NCBI GenBank assembly: GCA_051294905.1
Contig: CM119371.1
Span: forward strand, 34,350,001-34,414,000
From: Botryllus schlosseri
Taxonomy: Eukaryota
Direction: 5' to 3'
Length of the DNA stretch: 64,000 bases
Below, piece by piece: positions 38,223 through 50,010 of this stretch. A model generated the notes under the pieces. It did no database searches and was not told where the DNA came from. It was given only the letters and a program-made list of their open reading frames with translations. Position 1 is the first letter of the stretch. The number at the start of each line of letters is the position of its first letter. The translations under genes and the position numbers were made by a program.

Positions 38223-39373
38223 GTAATTAGCCATCGTCCGTTAACCGCGAAGATGCACCCTGCAATATCAAGAGTAGCCACCTCTGATAAACATGTAAAT
38301 GCACCTCATAGATCAAATTACTTCTTTCAATACTTTTCTGACATTCCCCACTTGAAGTTGCTAAAAGATGATGGAATCGATACTTCTACTTTTATTTGAG
38401 TAGAGAGTGACAAAGTTATAATAATACTTTTATACTTGTCTACCAATGATGACGAATACTAGGACCACCAAATATTTCAGTATATCATTGCACATTTGAG
38501 ATGTACCCGATTAGGATATCTGATTTCATCCGTGGATTGGAGATGGAGTCCTGCTATTCTCTTGAAAAGAACAAGCAATCCAAACTCTCTATATTCAGCC
38601 CAAGCGTTTGATCTGGATTCGGACATAATTCCTAATTTCGTCTTTAGTAACTTATCATTATCCGGACTTTGACATGCTTTCATTTGACTACCGTCTTTAT
38701 GCGTCTGTAATTCACACCATTCCGGTATACATGTAATCGCATCTTCCAGATCTCGGAGAAGTCTAATTGCAGGGATTTCAGACAAATAGAATCGAGAAAA
38801 CAGAACTGGCATTGAAATTACCAACAATTTGACCTCTTCAACCTTTAAAATACCAAATAATTCGAGTGTAGTCTATCACGGTTTCCACACAAACCAGCGA
38901 CGATTATGTGACATTGCCTTGATACCATAATCATCTAATCTTGTGCAATTAGAGGTCGAATGGCGTCAGACTTCTAATTATTCAGAATGTAAATGCCCTG
39001 GGCCTTACTCTGAGAATATACCGCCATCTCGTAGCAACAGCAGATGTCAATGATGAATTATTGATATGGCTGACGCGTGTCGACAGCTGTGAAAGGATAC
39101 AGCTCACATTGCGTCAATTACGAAACGATCCTGGCTATAACTACCTTCTTTCAATCATTTAAAAACAATCTACTTGCATTGTCATTATATTTGATTAACG
39201 CGATCGATGTTATGCTAAATTATGTTCCCACGACCAGAAATCATAGTGCCACTCATTTGGGCAATTCCATCTGTAGCCGACGAAGTTACCTTGAAGATCA
39301 TATTCGGTGGCGACGATAAACACCTTGCACGGGCGACATAATGCCGCCACGGCCCTGAATATGAAACACATCG

Positions 39374-39522
39374 TGACTTGTACAAACTACTAGATTTTCA
39401 ATATGCGCAACTGGAATTAGTACCACTACTTTTTAAAATCTGCAACTAGAAATAGAACTACTCCGAAAGCAGTAGTTACTTTACCGCGAACTATAACCAG
39501 CTCGGTAGTTTGTGCAAGTCTG
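39374..39522. mobile_element. Small MITE-like inverted-repeat element
   Basis: GACTTGTACAAACTAC .. GTAGTTTGTGCAAGTC inverted ends with ACTAC motifs inside. Confidence 0.55.
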
Positions 39523-39811
39523 AACATATATCCCGTCGTGTTTCCATGATGCTCAGTGATTGCGAATGTACACTGTACAGTGTACAGTATATAGCAGCCT
39601 ACCAAGTTACATCATAGTTATACAAGTATTTCGAGGTAAATACCGAGAGTCCATATGTACTATATAAAGGTATTAACATCGTGTTATAGCGGTCGATGAC
39701 CTATGAATAACCGAAGAGATGGTGAAACCTCTGAATATTTATAGCCTTTTCTGCTGTGTACGTCAGGGTGAAGGTGAGACCTTGCAATCGCATCATGCCA
39801 TTGGCAATACC

Positions 39812-40378
39812 TAGGGTTGCATTTGACACAAAAATCATTTTAAAAGGGACATTTTTAAAACATGGCCCTTGTTTAAAACATGTTTTTAATTGTGTTTTTT
39901 ATTAGCCATGACGTCTTTAATTGTGGCGTTACAGTGGAATGGCAATGACAATTGAAATTGTTGCTAAATAGGATCCTTTGTCGAAAAAGGCTTACGACCC
40001 CTGTCTTAAACCGACCAGAAATATATTTGGCCAGGTCTACACTGTAATGCAGCATTTTACGGTCGGCGTCCATTATCATCAGAACATCCCTTCCGTACCA
40101 ATGATCCAAAACTACGTGCTATGAGCCTATGACGGCTGAGCCGACAACAATTTCGAGGGTTCCAACTAGCATTCCATATCGTGTACGTCGCCTATATCGA
40201 GTGAAAATCGTCCGTAGACTCATACTATGCGTTTTTCGACAGTAGTTACACAAGTATGGTGAAATTTTATATACAACTTTTCAAAAAAAGCACAATTTCG
40301 TTCTTTTTAAAATGGCAATGCTTAAAACAGTTTTTAACAAAGTGGTTGAAGACACCATTCGTTTTAAATGCAACCCTA
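39812..40378 (-). mobile_element. MITE family TAGGGTTGCATTT, copy 3 (inverted)
   Basis: TIR TAGGGTTGCATTT/AAATGCAACCCTA; reverse-complement homology to 6795-7262. Confidence 0.82.
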
Positions 40379-40879
40379 ACCAAACCAATGCTGACAACCG
40401 CAGATTCGTATTAAAGACACTGGGCTAGACAGTACAGAGTACGATCTACAAACCTTGCCAGCTAACTGAAGCTGATTATCAGGTATTTTCAGAATTAAAT
40501 TGCCATGTTAATGTGTTGAGTTCTCCAGGAGTATAGGAAAAAGCGACCAATCTAATTCCGTAGCAGATAACACCGTTTGAATTACTGATACTCGCTTATG
40601 TCGATTCTATATGTCCACTGGAATTGCCACTGTGACAGTAATGTGATAGCTGTGCTGTGTGTAGCGAAGATTAGGATTATTCTTAGCTGCAAGGTTCAGT
40701 GTGTGTTCGCGTTCGTCATTTTAATAAGATATTCTGAACGAGTTCTTCGCCCCAATCACTGCGATCAATTGAAGAAATATTTGTGATCAATATTGTTCAA
40801 ACTTCAAGTGATTTTGCGATTGATTTGCCGTCATTGTGGTTCTGCTATTAACGGTGATTCGACATCACTTGTCATTTTA

Positions 40880-41025
40880 TACCTGGCCGATATACCACGT
40901 TTTGGTGATTCATGAACTGCCGACTTATAGCAAGATCTACCTTCGTTTAATATAGCCTATTGTAAGACACTGCTTATTCGGATCGGTTTGTGATTGCGAT
41001 GAGGTCTTGGGGCCTTTAGATAAAT
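40880..41025 (-). mobile_element. Degenerate SINE family J fragment
   Basis: GGCCGATAT..AACTGCCGACTTATAGCA..TAAGACAC..AGATAAA matches the other J copies. Confidence 0.6.
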
Positions 41026-41123
41026 CACCGAGATAGTTTTTTTCATCATTTACAAAGAGGTCATAACTTTTGCGAGGAATCAGCCATGTAAGGCCATGTC
41101 TAACGACTTACGAAGAGACATTA

Positions 41124-41427
41124 TGTTTGTTTGTTTGTTTTATTAACACAATTGGCGCTTATAAATACTTGGGTCATTTGCGCCCGCACAGTAATTTTCG
41201 TAATGTCTTTCCGCTTTTTCTTGCGTCCATTTTCTGGTCTTTTGCTGCCACCTTTCTAGAGTTCGGCCCTCTCTTTGTCTGGGCTTTTCAAAGCGTTGTG
41301 TGTACAGTGGGGTCGGCAATGAGGAGCCCAGATAAACCTCAGACACATAAATACATGGCAGAGGCGAGACTCGAACCAGCAACCATTGGTGTCGCGCCAG
41401 CAGTGTTTAACCAACTGCGACACTCGC
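41124..41427 (-). mobile_element. Full-length tRNA-derived SINE (family I) with (AAAC)n tail
   Basis: Minus-strand head GCGAGTGTCGCAGTTGGTTAA (A box) ..GGTTCGAGTC (B box); ends AATAAAACAAACAAAC. Confidence 0.82.
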
Positions 41428-41474
41428 TTCCAGAGGGACTATGTAATTGTATATAGATGGAAAACTCTCTACGG

Positions 41475-42226
41475 CAGGGGTGTCAAACTCAACTTGCGTT
41501 GCGGGTCGGATTCAAACCATTGGATCGCTCGCGGGCAGAACCATTCATATGATTCCAAAATGCTTACCTCCAAATCTATGACCTAGTAGTAGTACGCGTT
41601 ATTAACAAGCCCATATACACAATAGTATGTAAAATTATTTATCGGATCATAGGGATTCTATTCTATAGCAACACCATTATTCGTGAAAAACGTAATTGGC
41701 AAAATACGATAATTGGCTGGTTAAATACAGTGGCTCTAACGACGATATTTCTATGCTCCGTTTGTTCTCGCGTCAGCCCTGCGTATGCGTTGTGGAATAG
41801 AAGAGATTTAACTGTAAACGTGGTGCGACAACTGATATTTTAATTTTATTTTGTGTAACTGTTCTAGTCTCCGTGTAGCCGGCATATAATGGTTTGGCAC
41901 GGACGTTTTCGCTTCTGTGAATGAATAGATTTGGATCCATATCACCATGCAACTCCGAACTCGGCGTGCCCATTTTTGCCTCCTTGGAACTGGGTTCAAT
42001 ACCAATGACTTGTTGCTAATGAGGACTATAGTGAAACCACAACATCGCAGTCGGATGGTTATAATGTGGGCTATGAGCATGAGCATGCTCGACATATGCT
42101 GTATTGAGGTGTTATTTATTGAAAGTGTTTCATACTTAAAATCTAAGAATTGTTTCGCTGGCCGATTGAAATCGCCTGCTAGTGCTGGGCGGATGCGGCC
42201 CGCGGAGCGTATGTTTGACATCCCTG
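41475..42226 (+). mobile_element. hAT Charlie/Buster-like MITE (CAGGGGTGTCAAAC family)
   Basis: TIR CAGGGGTGTCAAAC/GTTTGACATCCCTG; flanks CTCTACGG/CTCTTCTG; 5' part homologous to 47997. Confidence 0.85.
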
Positions 42227-42901
42227 CTCTTCTGCAAGCCTAGATCACCAAATACCAGGGAAAGCACCAAGTGGTGAATAAACTGAAAACGCTGACTAGT
42301 ACCATAGACAAACCTCATTTAGCGCCGCGTTTGCTGAAAATATTGGCTTTCAGATAAGTCCCGCACAGTAGGCTACAATGGCAATCAGCAGCTTCATACT
42401 GACATTCGCTGACGAAGACGAACCTTAGGTTCGGTTGACAGTTCAACGATAATATATCACACCATCTGTTATGGTTATCAGTAACTTAAGCATGGAAGCA
42501 CACGTCTACGCCACGTAAATTTCATCAAGTCAACAATTCTTCGGAAAGGAATCAGCACTCGAATATTCGTATATACATTTTGGCGATTTGCAGGAACACA
42601 CGAGGCCTAACCAGTATAAGAATTAACCTTGCATCGTCTGTTCATAGCCCCCATCGACAGCTGAATCAACGATAGTTTCGACTTACACAATGACATCATC
42701 ACATCCAGGTAGTGATTTCACAGTCAATGGCGTTACGATGTTCAGGTGCATCCATAAACTGCAGATGGCAGTAACATGGATCACCAAACATGGGCTGACG
42801 GAAATATATTTCAGCCGATGTGTACTGAATTAATTGCGTTAGCCATCCGTACTGCATTTGCTCTCAACCTATTGACACGTCCGTTAAGACAGGCTCACAA
42901 T

Positions 42902-43209
42902 GGTCCGTGGACATATGAGCATGCGACATTACAGCATGCGATACTTCGGCATGCGACAATTTGGCATGTGACACATGAGCATGTGGGTTAAATTACGGGT
43001 TAGGGGTAGGTTAGGGTTGCATTTATGGTTGGGTTGGGTTAGAGTTAGGGTTTAGGTTAGGTTAGGCTAGGTTAGGTTAGGTTAGGCTATGTCTCGGGTT
43101 AGGGTAAGTTTTTGGGTTATACAGTCACATGCTGAAGTGACGCATGCTGATGTGTTCCATGCTGAACTGTCGTTTTCCATTATGTCGCATGCTCATATGT
43201 CGGGCAACC
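42902..43209. mobile_element. MULE/Mutator-type palindromic MITE with central (TTAGG/TTAGGG)-like repeats
   Basis: Perfect 9-bp TSD GCTCACAAT (42893-42901, 43210-43218); inverted arms GACATATGAGCATGCGACAT with repeated GCATGCGAC units; GG..CC termini. Confidence 0.85.
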
Positions 43210-44638
43210 GCTCACAATAACTTGGTTTCACAGGATATACGCAGGTCATCTGGCCCCTCAGGGAGTTGCAAGGGCCCGCCTCCGATTGAGTTTCTCCTTA
43301 TTCATCTCGGCGCCACTTAGACGAGTACAGCCGACTGCATTACCGGTACCACGCAGTACACAAGTGTATTCTCGACTTAGTCCTCGAGATGAATGAATAA
43401 CAGGATATTGCGCAAGCGCATCCACGTATAAAGACATGTTTGTAAATGACCGAATTATTTTTAAAACACTTCCTTTCTACCCTATTCAGTAACAGAAAAT
43501 GTGAAATCCTAGTATATACCGTGAGTTTAATAATTTCAGGAAGTGAAATTTTAAGCACACTAATGTTGCATCAGGTTCATATCCCGACATAGCCGGCTCG
43601 GATTTATTTTGTCAACGGAATTTCGTTTTCTACCCAAATCCCTATCCGTTCCAGAGATTCTTTCAAATGCAATCAATTTCTTCGAGTCCTTTGCTGTTCA
43701 ACCTCAAATATATATTCGCTCATTGCCGGCTGATACCGAGTCGTGATTACGGCCTTGATATGCAAAATTCCACAATTTCAACTCGGAATTTTGTCTCTGG
43801 CTGTTAGAGTCAGTCATGTCACAGCTACTCGCGTCATTCGACTGTAAATATTTTCCACCTTGGGCAATATGAATCCGTGTGGTATTTTCTCATTCCATAC
43901 TCGTCACCTAATAGCTATCTTTGATCAATCCATTCCTTTGATATGTTTGATACTATCGTAATTATAGTATTACAATCACGTACCCTTTTACGGCATGAAC
44001 CATTACGAGTTACTGGTTTTAAATTTCAACTCCAAATAGAACACACTATTCATAGCCTACCATTAGAGTCGCGAGATATTATTGGAATAATCACTCCCAT
44101 GTTCAAGGAAACGTAGACTGAATATTTACATCCAAATATGAATTGCGGTCGCATCGTGAGTATTTCTATTTAATACGATTTGTCCTTGAAATATCAGCAG
44201 CACTAACAGATATGAAAGCACGATGTCATCGTTATCCTCACGACTTTATAAAACCATCTTTATCAAGATATAGGCCTACGCTTGAGGTACATTCGTAAAA
44301 CGAGTCTAAAACAAACATTTTACATATTAATATCCGTGTCGAGTAGGCTATATTGGAGTGATATAATATATAGGCAGGATTATTATAACATCCGTATTTT
44401 GTCTTCAGTTTTCAGGTGAGGTCACAAATCACAATAGCTACATGCTCGATACGAAGACCTACAAATTAGCATGGTCGTGAAACGTCAGGCATCTTGATCG
44501 GTAGGTTTGTGGTCATGATCAATCTCCGCAGGTGAGACAGAAGACCTGATTATATTAAAACTGGTATCCACTGCTTCCGCGATTGGCGCATTTCCGGGAC
44601 AGGATGGAGCGGTTCTAAAAGACTTGGAAAGTCTAAAC

Positions 44639-45702
44639 CAGTGGTTCCCAACCTTTTTTGACTCATCGCCCCCTTTTGAAGCTTCACACCGATCATCGCC
44701 CCCCAAATAATGGGAACCGAAAAACAGCACTTCGTCAGCCCCCTCCCCTTCCCCCGAAAAAAAGACGTTGGTCTTTAGACCCATAGGGTGATAAACCAAA
44801 CCCCAGACCCCCCTCAGCCAGTGGGCTTTTTGTCGTTACATATCAGCTATACCCTATTTCATGTAATGTTTGGTGAGTCACCGTATTTCGCCTAAACGCG
44901 CCAAGCGCGACAAATTTATAGAATTCATGTTTGAATAGGCCAATAAGGTCGATGTGGTATGTTGGAAAAGGTAGGACCCCTAAATAATAATTAAACATCT
45001 TCGGGCGAAATCGTTGTTATATTGACTTCTTTACATGATGCTATTTTGTGACCTCCTATATCTGCTACGTCAGAAGATATGGAAACCAAACTAAAAGACG
45101 CACATGATTTCATATTGGTATTTCTTTACTGGCAAATAATTTTTTCCTTGCGGGGTGGCATTTGTCCTGTAGAAGGTCGCAAGGACAGGAACATTCGACG
45201 CCAGTCATTGAGGCGCCTATGGACAATCAAACATATCTGTATATACATCGAAGTTTTCGGTCTTCTCGCTGCTGATCGTTCTGGCACACTTCTCGGAGTC
45301 GCATGTTACATGGCCTCTAATTTCAAATGTCTTGGTGCGTCGTGGCGCGGTAATGGCCCACGCCGAAGTCTCCCATTTCCATAAATCATGCGTATTTTTG
45401 TTGGGTGACGGAGACCCCAACATCGAGATACATGAAAATATGAAATCGCACCAAGCGCGAAAAATTTTTGAAAAAGTCGCATGAATTTCTAAAAAATCAC
45501 TCTATCATTCATGTTAATTCTCGAAATAGTTTTGGACTTCTTTCGATTTCGGGCCCCTCACCCCCAATTGGGGGGTTTGGGATGCGATGGTTAAGGTCCC
45601 GACTCCAATATAGCCGTTTTAACGTGCCATCGACCACCTATCGCCCCCTTCGTTATTTTCGCCCCCCCTAGACCGCCAAATCGCCCACGTTGGGAACCAC
45701 TG
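44639..45702 (+). mobile_element. hAT Charlie/Buster-like element, family F copy 1
   Basis: TIR CAGTGGTTCCCAAC; ATCGCCCCC motifs; perfect TSD GTCTAAAC; near-identical inverted copy at 48254-49408. Confidence 0.95.
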
Positions 45703-46397
45703 GTCTAAACGGATATTTTTGCACCTTCCTCGTCCAGCGAGATATGCACATCATGAACAGACCATGATGACCTCTGAATGTTTGAATGATTAGTTGTGAC
45801 ATATGCGAATGTGGAAGACTATTGACACAACTAATTCGAACCATCGCTATTTCCGAGATGCAAACAATAATGGCAAAAGAAATGCTTTAAATAGACATAA
45901 GGCGCTATTCCGAGAAACACTTGGGAAATGACGTGAAATGATAGTGTTGTCATATTTCATTTTAGGTGTATTTGATAATAACAATTTGTCCAAGCCTTAC
46001 AGTAAAACACTCCTTATCGAGAATAGGCAGATTTCGCGTAAGCCTATTAAATTTGAAATTTGAAGAACAATCGAATGATATTTCATCCATATACATTTTT
46101 GATACTATGTTCTTGTTTTTTTTTGCGTGTTCTGTACTTGGTAAAATCGTTTAGACTTTTGTAGCGTTTCCGGTAATCCTATGTCAGATGATGCGAAATG
46201 GTCGAAAACTATTTATGTGATTACTTCGAGTGAAAACTTTCTCTCGGATACAGTCGACTGAGACTAAGATTTCGAATTTCGGCGGATGCGCGCGACCTCG
46301 CGCCCAATCGAAACTTGGAAAGTATAGGATATATTTTCCAACTTCCTACAATAGGCAATGAAGTATGTTATGCGTTAGGTGCTATGGTTTCGTTATG

Positions 46398-47139
46398 CAG
46401 TAGCCTCCGATTAATTCGAACACCGGACAATCCAGACAATCGCTTTCCTCGGTCAAAATAGTCAGGAACGGAACAAAAATGGGAACTACGCGTAAAAAAA
46501 CTGCGGCTAGTTTGGACCAAGGTGCACAATTCATATCGTTTGGCTATGCCACAATAAACAGTACTTCGTTCGTTTTAACACAAAATGAGCTAATATGGTG
46601 AAACTATATGACGATGCATGCACTAACAATCGACAATGAACTCACACAATGCCGTGCCAGCTTCTTAGTCGCTTATTGGGTGCAATTGCGTGCATCTTGT
46701 AGCACAGATTGGTGCAGAAAAGTTAAGCAAAATAACGTGAAGACGCTTCCTTGACAGTTCTGCACTTAGTTGGATTGGTGTGGGATGTCACAAAGTATTA
46801 TTTGAACCCTATATGCGTGTGTTACACAGTAACACAGCATACAGTATTTTCTGAATGGTTTGGTATGGAAAATACTGTGTATACTATACAACTAATCCGA
46901 AGGTATATTGTATAACAAATGTGCGTTTTATGCGATATGTGGCAATTAGTACAGCATAGCGCAGCTGCAATTAATTTATTACGCAACAGTATGCCAAATT
47001 TTGAATGCGCTCCGTGCCTTTACGCACGACTATGAAGCAAACAACTGATTTCCGCTTATCTCGTACAAAGACTTTTTTCCCGTCGTATTCGGCGTAAATA
47101 GAGCGGGACCAAACCGTCCCAATTAAGCGGAGTCGACTC
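46398..47139. mobile_element. Tc1/pogo (Tigger-like) MITE
   Basis: Ends CAGTAGCCTCCGATTAATT / AATTAAGCGGAGTCGACT followed by TA; Tigger-like TIR pattern, degenerate. Confidence 0.6.
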
Positions 47140-48253
47140 TATCTCTCTATCACAGTTAAATGGTGATTTGCTGCATGTCGTGTACGTGCAGTGTGTACTG
47201 TGGAAAATACCGTCTGCCTTGCTATCCCATTGTGTATAAAATTGCTGGATTTGGATTTGACTCGAGAAATCCAGTTTTAATGATATTGTTTCTACCGTTG
47301 AGCCATTCATTGACTTGGAGAAGTGGCCGAAAGTTTATGACCAGAAAGTGTAGACTGAAGCCTATTGATTTACAGACCTGAGCTGGATTAGGCGTATATA
47401 TTACATTCCATGGCGAATGCGGTCTAACGCCGCCACTGATCTCGCTAATTCTTTACCATATCTCTGCAGCTATCAAACATTAGCAGATGCCACGAATAAA
47501 ATTACATAGCTTGCGGTATATCTGGCATGTATACCAGTATTTAAGATATGTCTCGATACGGGATGGGTCTGTAAATTCCAGATCCGTGAATTACGTCATT
47601 TGTGACCTAGAGCACGCAAACGCGTGTCACACGACCTAGACGAAGCAACTATACTTATAGTTTAACTCCCTTTTTATTCTCAGAATTCCACCAGCACCAC
47701 TATACGTATATTGTTATATTAAGTTCAATGGTGGTATGAAGAAAAAAAATTGCGCATATTTCGTGTGAACATTACATAAAACTAGGATTTTACTTTGTGA
47801 GCCATCCACATGTAAGTTTATCTTCATGAAATTATTGTTGTTTGCACGACCGCATGTGTTGTACAGTTATGAGTTCGTAAAGTGGTTGTTTGTTTACTAC
47901 TTTGCTGCAGTTTCCAAGCAAGATACAGCGGTATCGTCCTTGTAGATTTCGGCCATTTACATATGGCAATCCGACCTTTCGGCCATTCGCTTAGACCAGG
48001 GGTGTCAAACTCAACTCGGGTCGCGGGCCGGATTCAGACGTGTTGATCGCCCGCGGGCCGGACCATGTCAAATTATTCAAAATGTGACCTCCGAATCCAT
48101 ACCGTCGTTTTTCACTGGAATGCTTTATTATCAACCGTCATGCAAAATAGTATTGTATATTATATCACGGATGATATGGGCTCTATTCTAGCAACTCCGT
48201 TATCCGCAAACAATGAAATTGACAAAATGCGATGACTGGCCGATTGGTTACAC

Positions 48254-49408
48254 CAGTGGTTCCCAACGGGGCGATGTCGCCCCCCAGGGGGCGATTTGGC
48301 GGTCTAGGGGGGCGAAAATAACGAAGGGGGCGATAGGGGGCGAAAACGGACGAAGAGGGCGATATGGGGGCGATGGTGCGTTAAAACGGCTACATTGGAG
48401 TCGGGACCGTAACTACCGCAACCCAAATCCCCCCAATTGGGGGTGGGAGGCCCGAAATCGAAGGAAGCCCAAAATTATTTCGTGAATTAACATGAATGAT
48501 AGAGTAATTTTTAGAAATTCACACGACTTTTTGAAAAATTTTTCACGCTCCGCGAGATTTATAATTTTTATGTAGCTTGCTGTTGGGGTCCCCGTCACCC
48601 AACAAAAATACGAATGATTTATGGAAATGTGAGACTTGGGCGTCGGCCATTACTGCGCCACGACGCACCAAGACATATGAAGTTAGAGGCCATGTAGCAT
48701 GCGACTCCGAGAAGTGTGCCAGAACGATCAGCAACGATAAGACCTTGGCCGAAAAGGAATGCCGTTGTGTTGACCGAAAACTTCGATATATATATACATA
48801 TATTTTTAATTGTCCATAGGCGCCTCAATTGCTGGCGTCGAATGTTCCTGTCCTGGCGACCTTAACCCTACAGTACAAATGACATCCCGCAAGGAAAAAA
48901 TTATTTGCCAGTAAATAAATACCAATATGAAATCATGTGCGTCTTTTAGTTTGGTACGTTTTGACCATTTCCATACCTTCTGACATAACAGATATAGGAG
49001 GTCACTAAATAGCATCATGTAAAGAAGTCAATATAACAACGATTCCGCCCGAATATGTTTAATTATTATTTAGGGGTCCTACCTTTTCCAACATACCACA
49101 TCGACCTTATTGACCTATTCAAACATGAATTATATAAATTTGTCGCGCTTGGCGCGTTTAGGCGAAATACGGTGACTCACCAAACAGTACATGAAACAGG
49201 GTATAGCTGATATGTAGCGACAAGAAGCCCACTGGCTGAGGGGGTCTGAGGTTTAGTTTATCACCCCATGGGGCCAAATACCCACGTTTTTTTTTCGGGG
49301 GAGGGGGGATGACGAAGTGATGTTTGTCGGTTCCCAATATTTGGGGGGCGATGATCGGTGTGGAGCTTCAAAAGGGGGCGATGAGTCGAAAAAGGTTGGG
49401 AACCACTG
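48254..49408 (-). mobile_element. hAT Charlie/Buster-like element, family F copy 2 (inverted)
   Basis: TIR CAGTGGTTCCCAAC; perfect TSD GGTTACAC (48246-48253, 49409-49416); reverse complement of 44639-45702. Confidence 0.95.
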
Positions 49409-49447
49409 GGTTACACTTACAAACTACGAAAACGATGGCTCTAATGA

Positions 49448-50010
49448 CGAGAGAGAGAGAGAAAGAGATTTATTTCTTCGTCAACCGGAATAAACAGCAT
49501 GAGTATGCAAAAAAATACTCCGAGCAAAAAAGCACATACACAAGAATAATAGCGTGTGACTGGGTCTATAATAGTATTGACGGAGAGCCGACAAAAGCCG
49601 GAACCTTGGAGATTAGAAAGAAGTATATAGATACATTCAATCATGCTTACTAGTTATGGTGGTTTGTAAAAAAACGTAAATAGAAAAACAACAACGAAAG
49701 TACACAGTGCGATCCCTTGATGCAATAGCAGATGGGGAATACATCCGATTAGTACTTACTGAGAAGTAAGTCAAGCAACAGTGCCTTAAATGACGGAAAA
49801 CTCATACTTTTCAGTCGCAGGGACAATTTATTCCACACATCAATTCCAGCACGCTTCAAGGGAGGAAAAGCATTGTCGGAATTAGACATAAACAGGTTGG
49901 AAGAGCTCTTGGATCGAGTACCGTAGTTGTTTATATGCACGAAGTATTCAAAGTAGTTTACAAGTGAATTTGGAACTTGTTGTCTGTTAAACTTATACAT
50001 GAACTTTGCT
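49448..50010 (-). mobile_element. 3' end of a CR1/L2-group LINE (ORF2 C-terminus plus 3' UTR and microsatellite tail)
   Basis: ORF 49749-50000(-) MYKF..VP..YF..HINNYGTRS..LF..G..VWNKL..LK..SFK..LLSKY is the typical CR1/L2-group ORF2 terminus; minus strand ends AATAAA followed by (TC)n. Confidence 0.8.

Noticed and set aside
42985..43120. Interstitial telomere or chromosome fusion scar
   Set aside because: Degenerate, short and enclosed by TIRs with a 9-bp TSD, so it is part of a transposon.
45079..49018. Pairs of similar ORFs (e.g. MLGSPSPNKNT.., LKDAHDFILVF..) suggesting a duplicated gene
   Set aside because: They lie within the two inverted copies of family F; frames are not preserved between copies.
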